From Octopus bimaculoides (lineage: Eukaryota), in NCBI RefSeq assembly GCF_001194135.2, contig NC_068986.1, positions 17,398,719 through 17,462,718 of the forward strand: 64,000 nucleotides of DNA, written 5' to 3'. A model generated the notes under the pieces. The model saw nothing but the letters and a program-made list of their open reading frames with translations, was not told the DNA's origin and ran no database searches. Of the stretch, positions 12,311 through 24,775 are shown piece by piece. The position numbers were made by a program, and so were the translations under genes. How positions within the stretch are numbered: position 1 is the stretch's first letter; every line of letters starts with the position of its first letter.

Positions 12311-12529
12311 TATGTGTATTTATTAATGGGTGTCGCTGTGATTGTGTGCATTTATAAGTGTGTTCTCTTATGTGTCTGTGTTTTTGTACTAATCACCTGT
12401 ACAAATGTGTAATCAATAACTGCGCTGTGTTAACAAACCGTTTCAGTGCGTGTCAACATATAATGTTGAGACATGTTGTACGGGCATGCGCCGTTTGTCT
12501 TTTTCTGTTTACCATCCATACAAAGTCAC

Positions 12530-14400
12530 TTTCAACCACCCTCTTCCTTTCCTTCTTTATCACCCTCTCTCCCTCCTCTCTCTTTCTCTCCCCCCCCCAC
12601 TCATTCTCTCTCTCCCTCTCTCTCTCTCATTGTTGCATTGTGTGAGTTCATTTCATTTTTTCCATCTATTTCTCTCAGGTTGTAATTATTTCGATCATGC
12701 CTTTTTCTTTTTTTTTTGTAAACCTCATTTGATTGTCCAAGCTCACTCATCTCCCGCTACATACCTCTTCTCCCCCTCTCTCATTCTCATTCTTATTCGT
12801 TCGTTATTTCTCTCTTTCTTCCACATTAAACATTTATTATTTCTCAAGTTCAACTCAAACTCCTTTCTTTCTTATTTCTCATTGTATATCTTTAATTTTA
12901 GTAGTCCCTCTCATATCCTTTATTTATCTGTTTCATGCCTCTTTTCTTTAACTTAATACCCTAATTTCTCACCTTTTCGCTTTCTCTCCCTTTCACTATA
13001 AAGCTCTTTATTTTCTACAACGTATTTACTATCCACCGGGGTCTTTAAAATCCCCACCGTTATTCGTCTATCATTTTCTTTCTCGCTCTCTCACTGGGAA
13101 ACTTAATACCTCTCTGCTCGCTCGTACTTTTTCTCTTTCATTCCCCTCAAACTTTCTATACTATCCTTCTAGTTCTTTCATTACTCTCCTGCCATCTCTT
13201 GCTCCGTAATTCTATTTACCACGCTCTTATAAAGTCCATACATTTGTCTTTTTGAATTCTCTTTTTCTTCTACTGTTACTTTCCCTCTTTCTCTCTTTCT
13301 GTGTCTCTTTTCCTCAACTTCTTTTATTCCTTTACCTTCATCAGTCAGACATTATTGCCTTACTAACTCATTCTTTTATTGTCTTCCTTCTCATTCTGCT
13401 TTATACACTTGTTCCTCTTTTTCTCTCACTCACAGCCCACTTGCACTCACGCTGATTACCTCTCCTCATTTCTCTTAATCTTCCTTACTATTTTTTTTTC
13501 TATGTGTTCTTCTCTCTGACCTCTACATCACTCTCCAACAATCACGAGTCGTTTCTCCTCTTTCTCTCTCATATATCTCAATGTTGTCATCAATGCCACT
13601 CTTCCGTTCTTTTGTCAATATTTCAAACTCTCTCTTTCAGTGGCTTTGCAAGTCAAACGCCCCTCCTCTGTCTCTCTCCCTCTTTCCCTGCCTGCCTTGT
13701 CTGTCTGTCTGTCTCACTTTCTCTCTTTCCGAGTCTCTCTCATGTACTGTCCAAATCGTTTATATTTCTTTCTCAAAATCATCTCTCATTCTTTCTAATT
13801 TGTCTAACTTTCATTCACTTTCTCTCCAGTTTGTAAATGTCATTAACTCGAAAACCCCATCTCACTATCCCTGTTTCTCCTCCGTCTGCTCCCCGCTGCT
13901 CTATTTATCACATTCTCCAAAACATATTGTCTCGCTCCTTCCATTTTACTTCTATTTTTATTCCTATTTTCATTATTTCCGTCTCTTCAGACTATCCAGC
14001 TCACTCTCTTTCTCTGTCTCATTCTCTCTGTTTCCCTGTCTCCGATGGTTGTCTACTTTTTCTCTGTCCTTGTGTGTGTGTCTCTCTCTCTCCATCTCTG
14101 TCACCGTCTCTCTTTCTCATTTCCGACTCCCTTTTCCTGGTATATTGTTCCGAAGAACAAGCATTTGTTAATTATGATACGTTGAAGAAGTGCTGTTTGG
14201 ACATGTATTACCTTCCATTATGTACCAGCTTCCAATAACTTATAGGATCTATCCCCGCTCACCCTCGTTTCCACTCTCTCACTCTCATGCGTATTGACCC
14301 TTATAGACTCACCCATCACCACTACCACCACTACGAAAGGACAATAAAAATAGAAAGAAAAGAAGAACGAAAAACATCTTTCTCGCCCTCTTTTCGCCAG
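12530..14400 (+). repeat. About 1.9 kb pyrimidine-rich (CT-derived) low-complexity tract
   Basis: Strong C/T excess on + strand; ORFs are L/S/F-rich by composition only. Confidence 0.85.
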
Positions 14401-14544
14401 GTTAAGTATTACTTAATGTCACGGAAAAGAAATTCACAATTCCTGTAAATCACTATTGCTTCCGATATACAATGAGTCGATACAAAACATGTGTTCACTT
14501 AAGTCTGATTGTATACATGGAGAGTTGATTACAACTGTACACGT

Positions 14545-14584
14545 ATATATATATCCATACATATAAGCATGCATTGCATATATA

Positions 14585-14639
<55 letters not shown>

Positions 14640-15230
14640 GTGCATATATATACATACATATATATATANNNNNNNNNNNNNNNNNNNNNNNNNNNNNNNN
14701 NNNNNNNNNNNNNNNNNNNNNNNNNNNNNNNNNNNNNNNNNNNNNNNNNNNNNNNNNNNNNNNNNNNNNNNNNNNNNNNNNNNNNNNNNNNNNNNNNNNN
14801 NNNNNNNNNNNNNNNNNNNNNNNNNNNNNNNNNNNNNNNNNNNNNNNNNNNNNNNNNNNNNNNNNNNNNNNNNNNNNNNNNNNNNNNNNNNNNNNNNNNN
14901 NNNNNNNNNNNNNNNNNNNNNNNNNNNNNNNNNNNNNNNNNNNNNNNNNNNNNNNNNNNNNNNNNNNNNNNNNNNNNNNNNNNNNNNNNNNNNNNNNNNN
15001 NNNNNNNNNNNNNNNNNNNNNNNNNNNNNNNNNNNNNNNNNNNNNNNNNNNNNNNNNNNNNNNNNNNNNNNNNNNNNNNNNNNNNNNNNNNNNNNNNNNN
15101 NNNNNNNNNNNNNNNNNNNNNNNNNNNNNNNNNNNNNNNNNNNNNNNNNNNNNNNNNNNNNNNNNNTATATATATATACACACACACTTATATATGTATT
15201 TAATGCTCAGACATGCATACACACATATAT
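14545..15230. repeat. (CA)n/(TA)n compound microsatellite with gap 14669-15166
   Basis: Direct reading. Confidence 0.95.
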
Positions 15231-15406
15231 TTAGTAACGAAGCTTTGCCAGTGAATGAAGGGCGACAGTTTTCATCCTAAAGTAGTCAGCAAAATAAATA
15301 GCAATTAATATATTCAGTAAATGTGTTCTAATTGTTCGAGAAATATTTGTTATGAAAAAATCGTTAAAACGCTGGTTGAGGAGATTTAATATTACAAAGC
15401 TATGTA

Positions 15407-15625
15407 GGGCATCGAGTTGGCAGAAACGTTAGCACGCTGGGCGAAATGTTTAGCGGTATTTCGTCTGTCTGTTTGTTCTGAGTTCAAATTCCGCCGAGGT
15501 CGACCTTGCTTTTTATACTTTCAAGGTCGATAAATTAAATACCAACTGTGTACTGAGATCGATTTAATCGACTGACCCAACCTCCACGAAAAATTTCGGG
15601 CCTTGTACCTAGAGTAGAAAAGAAT
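15407..15625 (+). mobile_element. SINE family A, full length
   Basis: A box gagttggcagaaacgttagc, B box gagttcaaattcc, core, tail gggccttgtacctagagtagaaaag. Confidence 0.9.
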
Positions 15626-15829
15626 ACTAAAAACGATGTTAAAATATAAATACATAGCCTGACATAGAGCTAATATATGCATATATATATATATATATGT
15701 ATATATATTCGTATACTCTAATCTCTCGTCATATCGCGGTTTAGCAGTCAAGATTACCTCGATTCCTCTGTGGTGTTGATTTGCGTTTATAATAAAATAA
15801 ATAGTCCAAATTGTAAAAATATACAGTAA

Positions 15830-15912
15830 AGTACTGTTTCAATTTCACGGATTCTCATCTATCACGGGTTGTTTTGGAACATGACATCCGCGATAGTCGA
15901 GAGATTACTGTA
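15830..15912. mobile_element. Possible pogo/Tigger-like DNA transposon end or mini-MITE
   Basis: Ends TACAGTAA...TTACTGTA; right end reads cagtaatctctcgactatcgcgg on minus strand, typical of Tigger-type TIRs. Confidence 0.4.
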
Positions 15913-16009
15913 CTTATGCATATACGTATATATATACATATACGTATAGATATACATATCTATTCCTACACGCATTCATATATACATACATACATACATA
16001 CATACATAC

Positions 16010-16330
16010 TCCAGGACGCAGGACCTAGCGCCAGTCCTGCTTCTCCTAAGACCAAAGATTTCAGCGATGTCGATTCCAACATCGGGACCAACTTCGTACA
16101 AGCAAGAAGGGACTCTGGTAACACACTGCTCTCCTAAACGAAAACCTTACCTGCCCTTGTGGATTTGTAGCACAGGGCAAAACAGGCCTTCCATCCACTC
16201 AAGAAAACACGGTGTAAATGATCCACAAGCACTCGGGCAAACTGAGTCTTCGACTTCTTCCATTTTCCAAAAGTTTGAAATGCACCAGCAGACCTCAAGA
16301 GACACATTCGTGTCCATAGAACATGGTTAC
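16010..16330 (+). pseudogene. Decayed ORF with a frameshifted C2H2-like finger (LTCPCGFVAQGKTGL/SIHSRKH), probably retroelement-derived
   Basis: Cys/His pattern split by a 1-nt frameshift at about 16190. Confidence 0.3.
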
Positions 16331-17100
16331 AGCTTTATTTTTCTGAACCCTCGTTTATCATTCACGGCAAGAGAATCCATCAAATAAACGTAAATATCGA
16401 ACAATGAGAATGAATGCTCAAACACTGTACCTGTTGAATAGAGATTCTTTATTGGTGTACTAAGGCTACCATTTGGTTTCACGTTAAAGAATACCTCAAC
16501 AATTATCAAGCCTATCGCAGGGAGTATTAGTGATCGTCTTCATTTTGGATTAAATAGAGACGAACACCGAATTTTCCATGTTAGGTTTGATAATAGTTGA
16601 GGCATTCGTTAACATGAAACCAATGGTAACTTTAACACAAATGAATACACACAAACACACACAGATACACACACACATATCATGATCTCGAGATCGATTG
16701 ACTAGTCTAAAGAATCTTGGTATGCATCGCTAGTCACAAAAAGTTTTGTATCGCTTTAGCTTTCAGGTGATGCCACCCCGCTGATCAGGAGATGATGTAA
16801 TCGACTGCTGCCTTTCTCTTCAAACTGCCGACCTTGAACTCCTCAACGGTACAGCGTCATATTCAGAGCGCTGTAGTGTTCTCGGCCAGTTAATTACCAC
16901 TGTTTTTGAATAACTGTTTGCAAGCCGAGTGAAAGTGTTGCGTAGTACATGGAATGTTTAGGTGAATGTGCTGATAAGTTCCTCGCTTCAAGCTTATGGC
17001 GAAAGGCCTGGTTGGATGCTTACTCGTCCAAATTCTTTTATAGGGCTTAGAAAACTGAAAGGCCGCTACAATAAGTGTGTGTGTGTCTGAGAGAGGAATG

Positions 17101-17258
17101 TGTTGCATAAGATCATAATTAACTGATCCTCATGTATTTTCTTTTACCCAAAGCAAGTAACTTTTCAGCACCCCTGGGAAATATGTTGAATAAAACCATA
17201 ATTAACTAATCCTCCTGTATTTCATTTTACCGAAAGCAAGGAACTTTTCAGTAACCCT
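17101..17258 (+). repeat. 83-bp-period tandem duplication (two copies)
   Basis: tgttg(c/a)ataa...cataattaact...ttttacc...aaagcaag...aacttttcag at 17101 and 17184. Confidence 0.85.
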
Positions 17259-17345
17259 TCATTGTCTATATGGTAGATTGTTGTTCTATGGGCTTGTGTA
17301 AAGTAGCAAGAGAAGCATACAAGGTAGTTTTAAACCGCTTAATAT

Positions 17346-17640
17346 GTGACCAGGTGATGGACCCGATTATCAGATGCTTTTAGATATGATAGGTCAAAAT
17401 GCACCTTGCAGCGTTTTGGTTTTTGAATGTTGCCACTCCAGAGGCTAGCGAGTAGGCCAACATTGCCCCTGATGGAAAGGCTAGTCCGCCGCTTTGTTAC
17501 CCTTTTAAAGTTTAGTGCATTGAAGCAACTTGAAATGGAATGGTTTGCTCAGGAGAACAACGTGCGGCCGTTCGGGGAATCGAAGCCACGATCGAACGAT
17601 TGTGAATGTGGTAAACCGAACCACTATCTAACGTGCTTCC
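17346..17640 (-). mobile_element. tRNA-derived SINE family D, degenerate
   Basis: Head ...agtggtt...ggcttcgattcccc, ctcctgagcaaa motif; tail matches copy at 47364-47607. Confidence 0.7.
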
Positions 17641-18586
17641 ACGCTGTACAATACTGTGTAATGAAATGCGTTGATATGCAGTGTAGAACAGAATAGTGTA
17701 AACTGCTGCAATGTTGCATAGAACAGCAGAGTGTTGTGTTTCACAGTGTGTGCGTTTGTTTGTATACATGCAATGATACGTAGGCTCTACTTAATGTGTT
17801 ATATTTTCTCCGGTAAGGTATATAACACCTTTTTTGTAAACGTTTACACTTAAACAGACAACCGTCGCTAGCGAATTAATTGCATTACGTGTCGCCACGC
17901 GTTAAGCAATGCCAAAATAATCAGGGCAATTCGAATTCACTTAAACACAATTACTATTAAAAAATATCATCAACGCTGTAGTTAGAAAAAAAAACGACAT
18001 GTTAGAGTGAGTAATAATATCAATATCTTAAGCAGTAATAATAACAACGATATCTCAGTATCAAGAGAAAAATAGCAACAGATGAGTAACATTCCATGGT
18101 ATGAAATTGCATGAATTTACAGTTATATTTATTATATGTCACCAAAGTAATTAATCATAAGAATTATTATTCAACGTCGGGTAGAAAGCTATACGAGAGC
18201 ATTATAACATTAATGTAGAATTTAGTGCATACATGGTAACCTTATTTAGTTGGGGTTGCGAAGGGTTAATATGCTTGCATTTAGGGTCAAATGAATATAA
18301 TCCCAAGAAATTAGGATTATGTTAATTTCATGAAATGTCAATGTGTAGGCGGTATAACGTTCTATCCTATCGTCCATTTTAAAGAGCGAAGGTAATTGCT
18401 TCGTTTCCTAATTAGTTACACTATGCATACTCGGTTTAAATTTATTATGAATTTTCACAGTACTGTTTGAAATGAGTCAGGTGTACATGCATTTTCGAAA
18501 TTTGTACATGTACTTTGTATTATTCTCGAGAGCATAGGAAATCATTTAAGTCTTTCAGGAAAGAAAGATATCCTGCAAAATACTCA

Positions 18587-18588
<2 letters not shown>

Positions 18589-18624
<36 letters not shown>

Positions 18625-19045
18625 NNNNNNNNNNNNNNNNNNNNNNNNNNNNNNNNNNNNNNNNNNNNNNNNNNNNNNNNNNNNNNNNNNNNNNNNNNNN
18701 NNNNNNNNNNNNNNNNNNNNNNNNNNNNNNNNNNNNNNNNNNNNNNNNNNNNNNNNNNNNNNNNNNNNNNNNNNNNNNNNNNNNNNNNNNNNNNNNNNNN
18801 NNNNNNNNNNNNNNNNNNNNNNNNNNNNNNNNNNNNNNNNNNNNNNNNNNNNNNNNNNNNNNNNNNNNNNNNNNNNNNNNNNNNNNNNNNNNNNNNNNNN
18901 NNNNNNNNNNNNNNNNNNNNNNNNNNNNNNNNNNNNNNNNNNNNNNNNNNNNNNNNNNNNNNNNNNNNNNNNNNNNNNNNNNNNNNNNNNNNNNNNNNNN
19001 NNNNNNNATATATATGTATGTATGTAGGTATGTATGTATGTATAA
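18589..19045. repeat. (TA)n - N gap (18625-19007) - (TATG)n
   Basis: Direct reading. Confidence 0.95.
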
Positions 19046-19744
19046 TCTTAAGTTTGGGTAGTCTACGTTTTAGAGCAGGTTCACTGCCTTCGGCTACCTG
19101 GGACCATCGACAGTATGAATATAAGTGCCACTATATTTTCTTCAGGAATTCCTTCGTGTCTTTCGAGGATATAAAATATGAGAGAAAGACAAAATGAAAT
19201 TTGCGAGTTTCCTTATTAATCCCTACGATTGTTTCGACCCACCATGCATCGGTTCCACGCGAGTGAGTTTCTGTAGAACTGGTTGTGGTACAATATCTAG
19301 TGCAGATGTGCTTCGCCAGGTGACTTTTGTTTGTCTATATATATTCGTAGTATCGTTGCGGTCATTTTACTAGATCAAAGAGCTTCCCTCTGAATTTTAC
19401 GGCATTGAACACAAAGTTAGTATCTGAAAAGCTGCCGATAGGTTTAACAATAATAAGGTTTTTTTAAAGATGAAGAACGAAACATCCATGTTTCCAGAGG
19501 TGAATTCGTCAAACCCCAAATGAATACTTCACAAGATACAGCTATAATGCTATCCCAACTACTTCTGTTCGTGATCAGAGATGCACACATCGTCAGCCAC
19601 TAACGGACACGATCAACTGGTTAAGGTCAAGCAATTGCTAAGTAAATCTGTGTTATTGAGTAGAACATTTGCTGTAGCCCGTCTTTTATACCAAGACAAA
19701 ACAGAGAAGTCATGAGAGCCACTGCATGGTATTACAGCATGGCA

Positions 19745-19756
19745 TTATTATTATCA

Positions 19757-19830
<74 letters not shown>

Positions 19831-19865
19831 GTTATCATTATTAATATTATTATTATTATTATCAT
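19745..19865. repeat. (TTA)n tract; (TAA)n tail/target of the adjacent R4-like element
   Basis: Lies just 3' of the element on its sense strand. Confidence 0.9.
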
Positions 19866-20428
19866 TGCTTTGCACAGCTTTTGACGCTGGAAATGTATTA
19901 CAGTGTCAGCTGTTCACTACCAGTGAACTAAGGTAACACCCCTTATTTTTCAAGCACCTTCGAGCGGTTCCAAGCAGTGCTGTTTTCTGTAAGTGCTCCA
20001 CCCTTATTGCAGCCTCTATTTGCTCCGTGTACTTCGCGAGATTTTTGCTCACTGTTCCCAGGGCTCCGACAATTATTGGTACCACTACCACCTTTTTCAT
20101 CGACCACAATTGCTTAACCACCCAAGCTAACCTCTCATATATTTCGACTTTTCCTTCTTCCCNNNNNNNNNNTAACCACCCAAGCTAACCTCTCATATAT
20201 TTCGACTTTTCCTTCTTCCCTATCGCATACCTTGTTGTCAGCTGGGCATGCTATATCTATGATCCAGCATCGTTTGTTTTCTTTCTCAATTAAGACTATG
20301 TCTGGTTTCCGATTCTCATATCTCATGGTGGCACTGAATCATAAAATCGAATAGGATCTTTGCATTTATATTTTCGATGATGCCTTCCGGTTTATATTGG
20401 TACTAATTTTTTGCTCTGTCAAGTCCAG
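19866..20428 (-). mobile_element. R4/Dong-like non-LTR retrotransposon 3' fragment (RLE), subfamily 1
   Basis: KILFDFMIQCHHE, ENRKPDIVLIEKENKRCWIIDIACPADNKV (PD-D/E nuclease), VPIIVGALGTV, LQKTALLGTAR. Confidence 0.9.
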
Positions 20429-20429
20429 C

Positions 20430-20612
20430 GCATCGGGCAATATTTCACCCGTCGCTACGTCCTGAGTTCAAATTCCACTGAATTCGACTTTGCCTTTCAT
20501 CTTTCGGGGTCGATTAAATAAGTACCAGTTATGCACTGGTGTCGATATAATCGACTTAATACCCTCCCTAAAGCTGCCCTTGTGGGAAACATGGCAAACA
20601 TTTGAAATCATT
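20430..20612 (+). mobile_element. SINE family A, 5'-truncated
   Basis: B box gagttcaaattcc, core, tail variant gctgcccttgtgggaaacatggc. Confidence 0.85.
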
Positions 20613-20621
20613 TTTATTATA

Positions 20622-20666
<45 letters not shown>

Positions 20667-20717
20667 ACTGCTGTTGTTGTTGCCGTTGTTGTTATTACCA
20701 CTGCTGCTACTGCTGTA

Positions 20718-20865
20718 TTTCAAATTCCTTTCAGGTTGACTTTGTCTTTAATCGTTTAAGGGTCGATAAAATAAGCATGATTTGAGCACTGAGGTCGATC
20801 TGATCAATTTACATCCCTCTTCCAACGAATATTGCTGGGATTGTGCCAAAACTTTGAAACCATTC
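20718..20865 (+). mobile_element. SINE family A fragment after (GTT)n
   Basis: ttcaaattcc...ttgactttg...gggtcgataaaataag...gcactgaggtcgat. Confidence 0.75.
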
Positions 20866-21344
20866 TCATAACTGTTATTGAGTAACAGAGCGGCGCATGC
20901 CATGCGAGTGAACTGGGGTACAAATATACAAAGACCAGAATATCCACCATGACTGCACGTCTGATAAAGTACCCCGAGAACATGCAACACAAACATATGT
21001 GTGTAGTATGGTGACCTCACAACAAGATAAAAACTAGATTCGTTTGGAGTATATGAAGAATAAGAGTTTATAAAGATTAACACTGCAAAACGACGGAGAA
21101 TGTGAATCTTTTTTATGAGAAATGAATGAAGATAATATCAAATGAATATATAGGGGTGAAGGGAGCGAAGCACTGTAGGAGAATTAATGTAAATATCATG
21201 ACTGTAGAACGGGGAATTTCAAAGTGTTAATGAATAGGTGTGCCGGACAATACGGCAGATAATTTTGTGTGAAGGTTAAAAGTCACTAGATCATTATTCC
21301 AAATATCAAATAGCAAGGGACAAATCTTCATCAATTACTAGAGC

Positions 21345-21359
21345 AGCAGCAGCAGCTGC

Positions 21360-21411
<52 letters not shown>

Positions 21412-21436
21412 ATGATGGTGGTGGTGGTGGTGGTAT
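21345..21436. repeat. (AGC)/(AGT)/(GGT) compound microsatellite
   Basis: Direct reading. Confidence 0.95.
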
Positions 21437-21540
21437 TAGAAGTAAGTTAAAAAGGAAGACAAGAGGTATCACAATAAGAGTTTATTTTGATTTTGATAAT
21501 GGATACTGTGATAAGATTATAAAATCTAAGATTCTATAAA

Positions 21541-22215
21541 GCGTATGCGTGACTGTTCGGTTACTAGGTTACTTACCAAACACATGGTTCCGAGTTCAGT
21601 CCCATTGCGTGGCACTTTCAGCAAGTGTCTTCTACTATAGTATTAGGCTGATCAAAGCCTTCTGAGTGGAAACTGAAAGAAGTTTAAGGTGTATATATAT
21701 ATATAATAATAATAATAATAATAGTAATATAAATATATGCACATATACAAACATATATGTACATACCTACATATATATGCATATATACATGCATATATGG
21801 GAACAAGACATAAAAAAAACGTGAACAAATCGAGAAATGAGAAAATATAAAAACAAAAATATAGAAACGAAATTTTTTTCGACAAACGAAATAAATAAAT
21901 AGAGAAACGAGAAAGGCAACATAAAGTACATTCCTTTCATCAGTTTTCCCCTGCTTTATCTACTCCGCGTTTCGAAGTTAGGGACATATATGTGTGTGTG
22001 TATATGTTTGAGTGTCTGTGTGTGTCCCCAACATCGCTTGACAACCGATTCTGGTGTGTTTACATCCCCGTAATTTAGTGGTTCGGTAATAGAGACCGAT
22101 AGAATAATTACTAGGCTTACAAAGAATAAGTCCTGGTGGGGTCGATTTGCTCGGCTAAAGGCGGTGCTCCAGCGTGGCTGCAGTCAAACGACTGAAAGAA
22201 GTAAAAGAATAAAAT
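21541..22215 (+). mobile_element. SINE family B with expanded internal microsatellite carrying a foreign insert
   Basis: 5' half 21541-21685, 3' half about 22015-22215, gapless interior. Confidence 0.85.
21790..21985 (-). mobile_element. Penelope-like terminal (pLTR) fragment nested in SINE B
   Basis: Minus strand has tcGAAACgcggaGTA and CTGATGAaagg, hammerhead-core words typical of PLE ends. Confidence 0.4.
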
Positions 22216-22269
22216 AATATTATCCACATTTGTTATTAATTATAGATTTTATACGAATTATATTTCATA

Positions 22270-22345
22270 GACATAGCTGGAATGGCTGTGTTGTAGGAAG
22301 GCTGCCTCCCAACCACATGTTATGCGTTCAGTCACACAGCGTAGG
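22270..22345 (+). mobile_element. SINE family B head fragment
   Basis: ggaatggctgtgttgtaggaaggctgcctcccaaccacatg...gttcagtc. Confidence 0.7.
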
Positions 22346-22905
22346 AATAAGCATCAGCTTAAAATTCTTCAGAATTTCCTTAAGTACATAAACACTAGTT
22401 CCGAGATGTTTGGAAAATGTAGACACTTTTACAAATAAATATTAAAGAAATTGGCTAGTCTAGTAGTTCAAATCGATTTATTATTCACACACAGAAGCTT
22501 TATTTGCATGCTTATCAACGTATCTCTTCCTTTCAATCCGTTTCATTTTATCTAAACATCGATGTATGTTGCATTATTCATTAATATATTCATCATGTTG
22601 TGACCGCATGCAGTGTTATGCATATTGCAGTGATCACTTTCGCTGTGACCTAATTATTAGATTCTAAAAACGGTCATAAACTTCCATTGTATTCAGAGGC
22701 ACTAGATGGGTTTTGTTCATTGATAAACCTATAAACACTAGAAACTAAACAGATAACTTCATTTTTCTTTCTGCAAATGGGAAGTTAAAATCTACATTGT
22801 AACTTATTTGTGGCATTGAGTTAGTCAATTATCGTGGGTCATTCAAAAGAAATAGACCATACATTATATAGGGTTGTGTGTGATTGTGTATGTTATCGAT
22901 TATTT

Positions 22906-22939
<34 letters not shown>

Positions 22940-23299
22940 CTAGCTAGCTAGATAGATATGTATATATATNNNNNNNNNNNNNNNNNNNNNNNNNNNNNNN
23001 NNNNNNNNNNNNNNNNNNNNNNNNNNNNNNNNNNNNNNNNNNNNNNNNNNNNNNNNNNNNNNNNNNNNNNNNNNNNNNNNNNNNNNNNNNNNNNNNNNNN
23101 NNNNNNNNNNNNNNNNNNNNNNNNNNNNNNNNNNNNNNNNNNNNNNNNNNNNNNNNNNNNNNNNNNNNNNNNNNNNNNNNNNNNNNNNNNNNNNNNNNNN
23201 NNNNNNNNNNNNNNNNNNNNNNNNNNNNNNNNNNNNNNNNNNNNNNNNATATATACACAAACATTTATATATGTATGTACGTATATCTATATATATGTA

Positions 23300-24100
23300 T
23301 CTAAAATGTACGATGGGTAAATTGTCGCCATATGATGCTTTTAATTTCGCACATGTGCATTGTTTGTTTTTCATTTTGTCGTCAACACAGTATAGTAGCG
23401 TCAGTTGTAAACCGTCTGTGAGAAAAACAGCACCATGAAGCAATTCACTCTGCCAGAAATTACTGTACTGCTTGGTATTCGTACCGGAAGCTTCAATACG
23501 AACACTTCAGAGTATTTGGGTGTCAATCCGTGTGATTGCCGTGTCCCCAAAACATGTACGTGTATGATAAAAATCAAACATCCAGTAAACATCATGTTGT
23601 TTGGAGTGATCACTAGTGATGATGATGTCATGCGCCCATTCTTTTTGCCACACGCCCTAAGATTCAACACGGCCACCTACGTTAAGTGCCTGGAGGAATT
23701 AGTGCTGCTCGGGGTCAAGAGAATGGCTGCTGGAAGACCCTATCTCTGGCAACAAGACTCAGCCCCATGCCACACAAAGAGGATTACCCAGTGAGGCTGT
23801 GAGACAATTTGTGGGACCACATCACCCCTAACATCTGGCCACCTAACTCCTCAGACTCCAACCCCCTTGATTATTATGTGTGGGGCGCAGTTCAGCGAGA
23901 GACCAACAAAACTCCTCGTTACACCAAAGAGAAACTGAAGGCAATGATTTTGGCAGCATTCACCACCTTAAACAAGAAGACCGTCGAGAAGAGTTGCAGG
24001 AGATTCCGAAGCTGTTTGGAGCCCGTAGTTGAAGCCAATAGCTATTGTATTGAATACATTTACTCTTTAGTATTTCAGACAACAAATTATTCACCGCACC
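23300..24100 (+). mobile_element. Tc1/mariner DD37D (maT) transposon, internally deleted, transposase pseudogene
   Basis: KHPVNIMLFGVITSD...WQQDSAPCHT...WPPNSSDSNPLDYYVWG; D-to-D spacing fits DD37D after one frameshift; degenerate TIR-like ends (...accgcaccctata). Confidence 0.9.
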
Positions 24101-24394
24101 CTATATATATATATATATGTGTATGAATATGTGTAATTCTTGTATTTTACATTTTTAAAAAATATCCCGAACCTAGAGTCGATTATTTCCTTCATTACAT
24201 ATACACTTCTCTCTCTCTCTCTCTCTCTGCCACTTTCTCCTTTCACCCTCATTGCAATTCAAATGAAGTAAGCACTTCTAAAACTAGTTGATCCGCTTTG
24301 CAGAAAATGGCCTGTTGTTTATCCGTGTTGTCTCTTTGCTCAGCATAGATAAATGTATATTTATTAAACACCTGCCTGTAAATTTGTTCCCAAA

Positions 24395-24775
24395 CTTGTT
24401 CACAAACATTCTCGTGCATAATTGCACATGGTAACATATACGTGTACATAAACATGCATCCGTGCATATAGGCATACATAGACATACATATACGTACACA
24501 GCCGTCTGCATGTGAATATACAAAATACATGCTTATATATGCATACGAACAGATAGACAGATAGACGCACAGATAGACGCACACACACACACATATATGT
24601 GCACACATATACGCACATAACACAAATACATACGCTCCCTTGCATATGCTCTTTTACGTATCTATCTGTCTCTCTATTAGTTCGCATTTGTGTGTGTCTG
24701 TACGTGTGACTGTATATGTACGACTATGCATACATAGATACGTATGTATCCATATATTTCCGTTTACATATACCT
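24395..24775. repeat. Degenerate (CA/TA/AGAT) low-complexity tract
   Basis: Direct reading. Confidence 0.8.

Noticed and set aside
12358-14238. Series of hydrophobic L/S/F-rich ORFs suggesting membrane proteins
   Set aside because: Explained by CT-rich composition; no coherent splice or domain structure.
19545-19710. Sequence that looks like a dispersed octopus repeat next to the (TTA)n tract
   Set aside because: Single copy in the window and no diagnostic motif, so it cannot be classified from this sequence.
20116-20220. 47-bp direct repeat inside the R4-like element
   Set aside because: The copies flank a 10-N gap; typical unmerged contig overlap, an assembly artefact.
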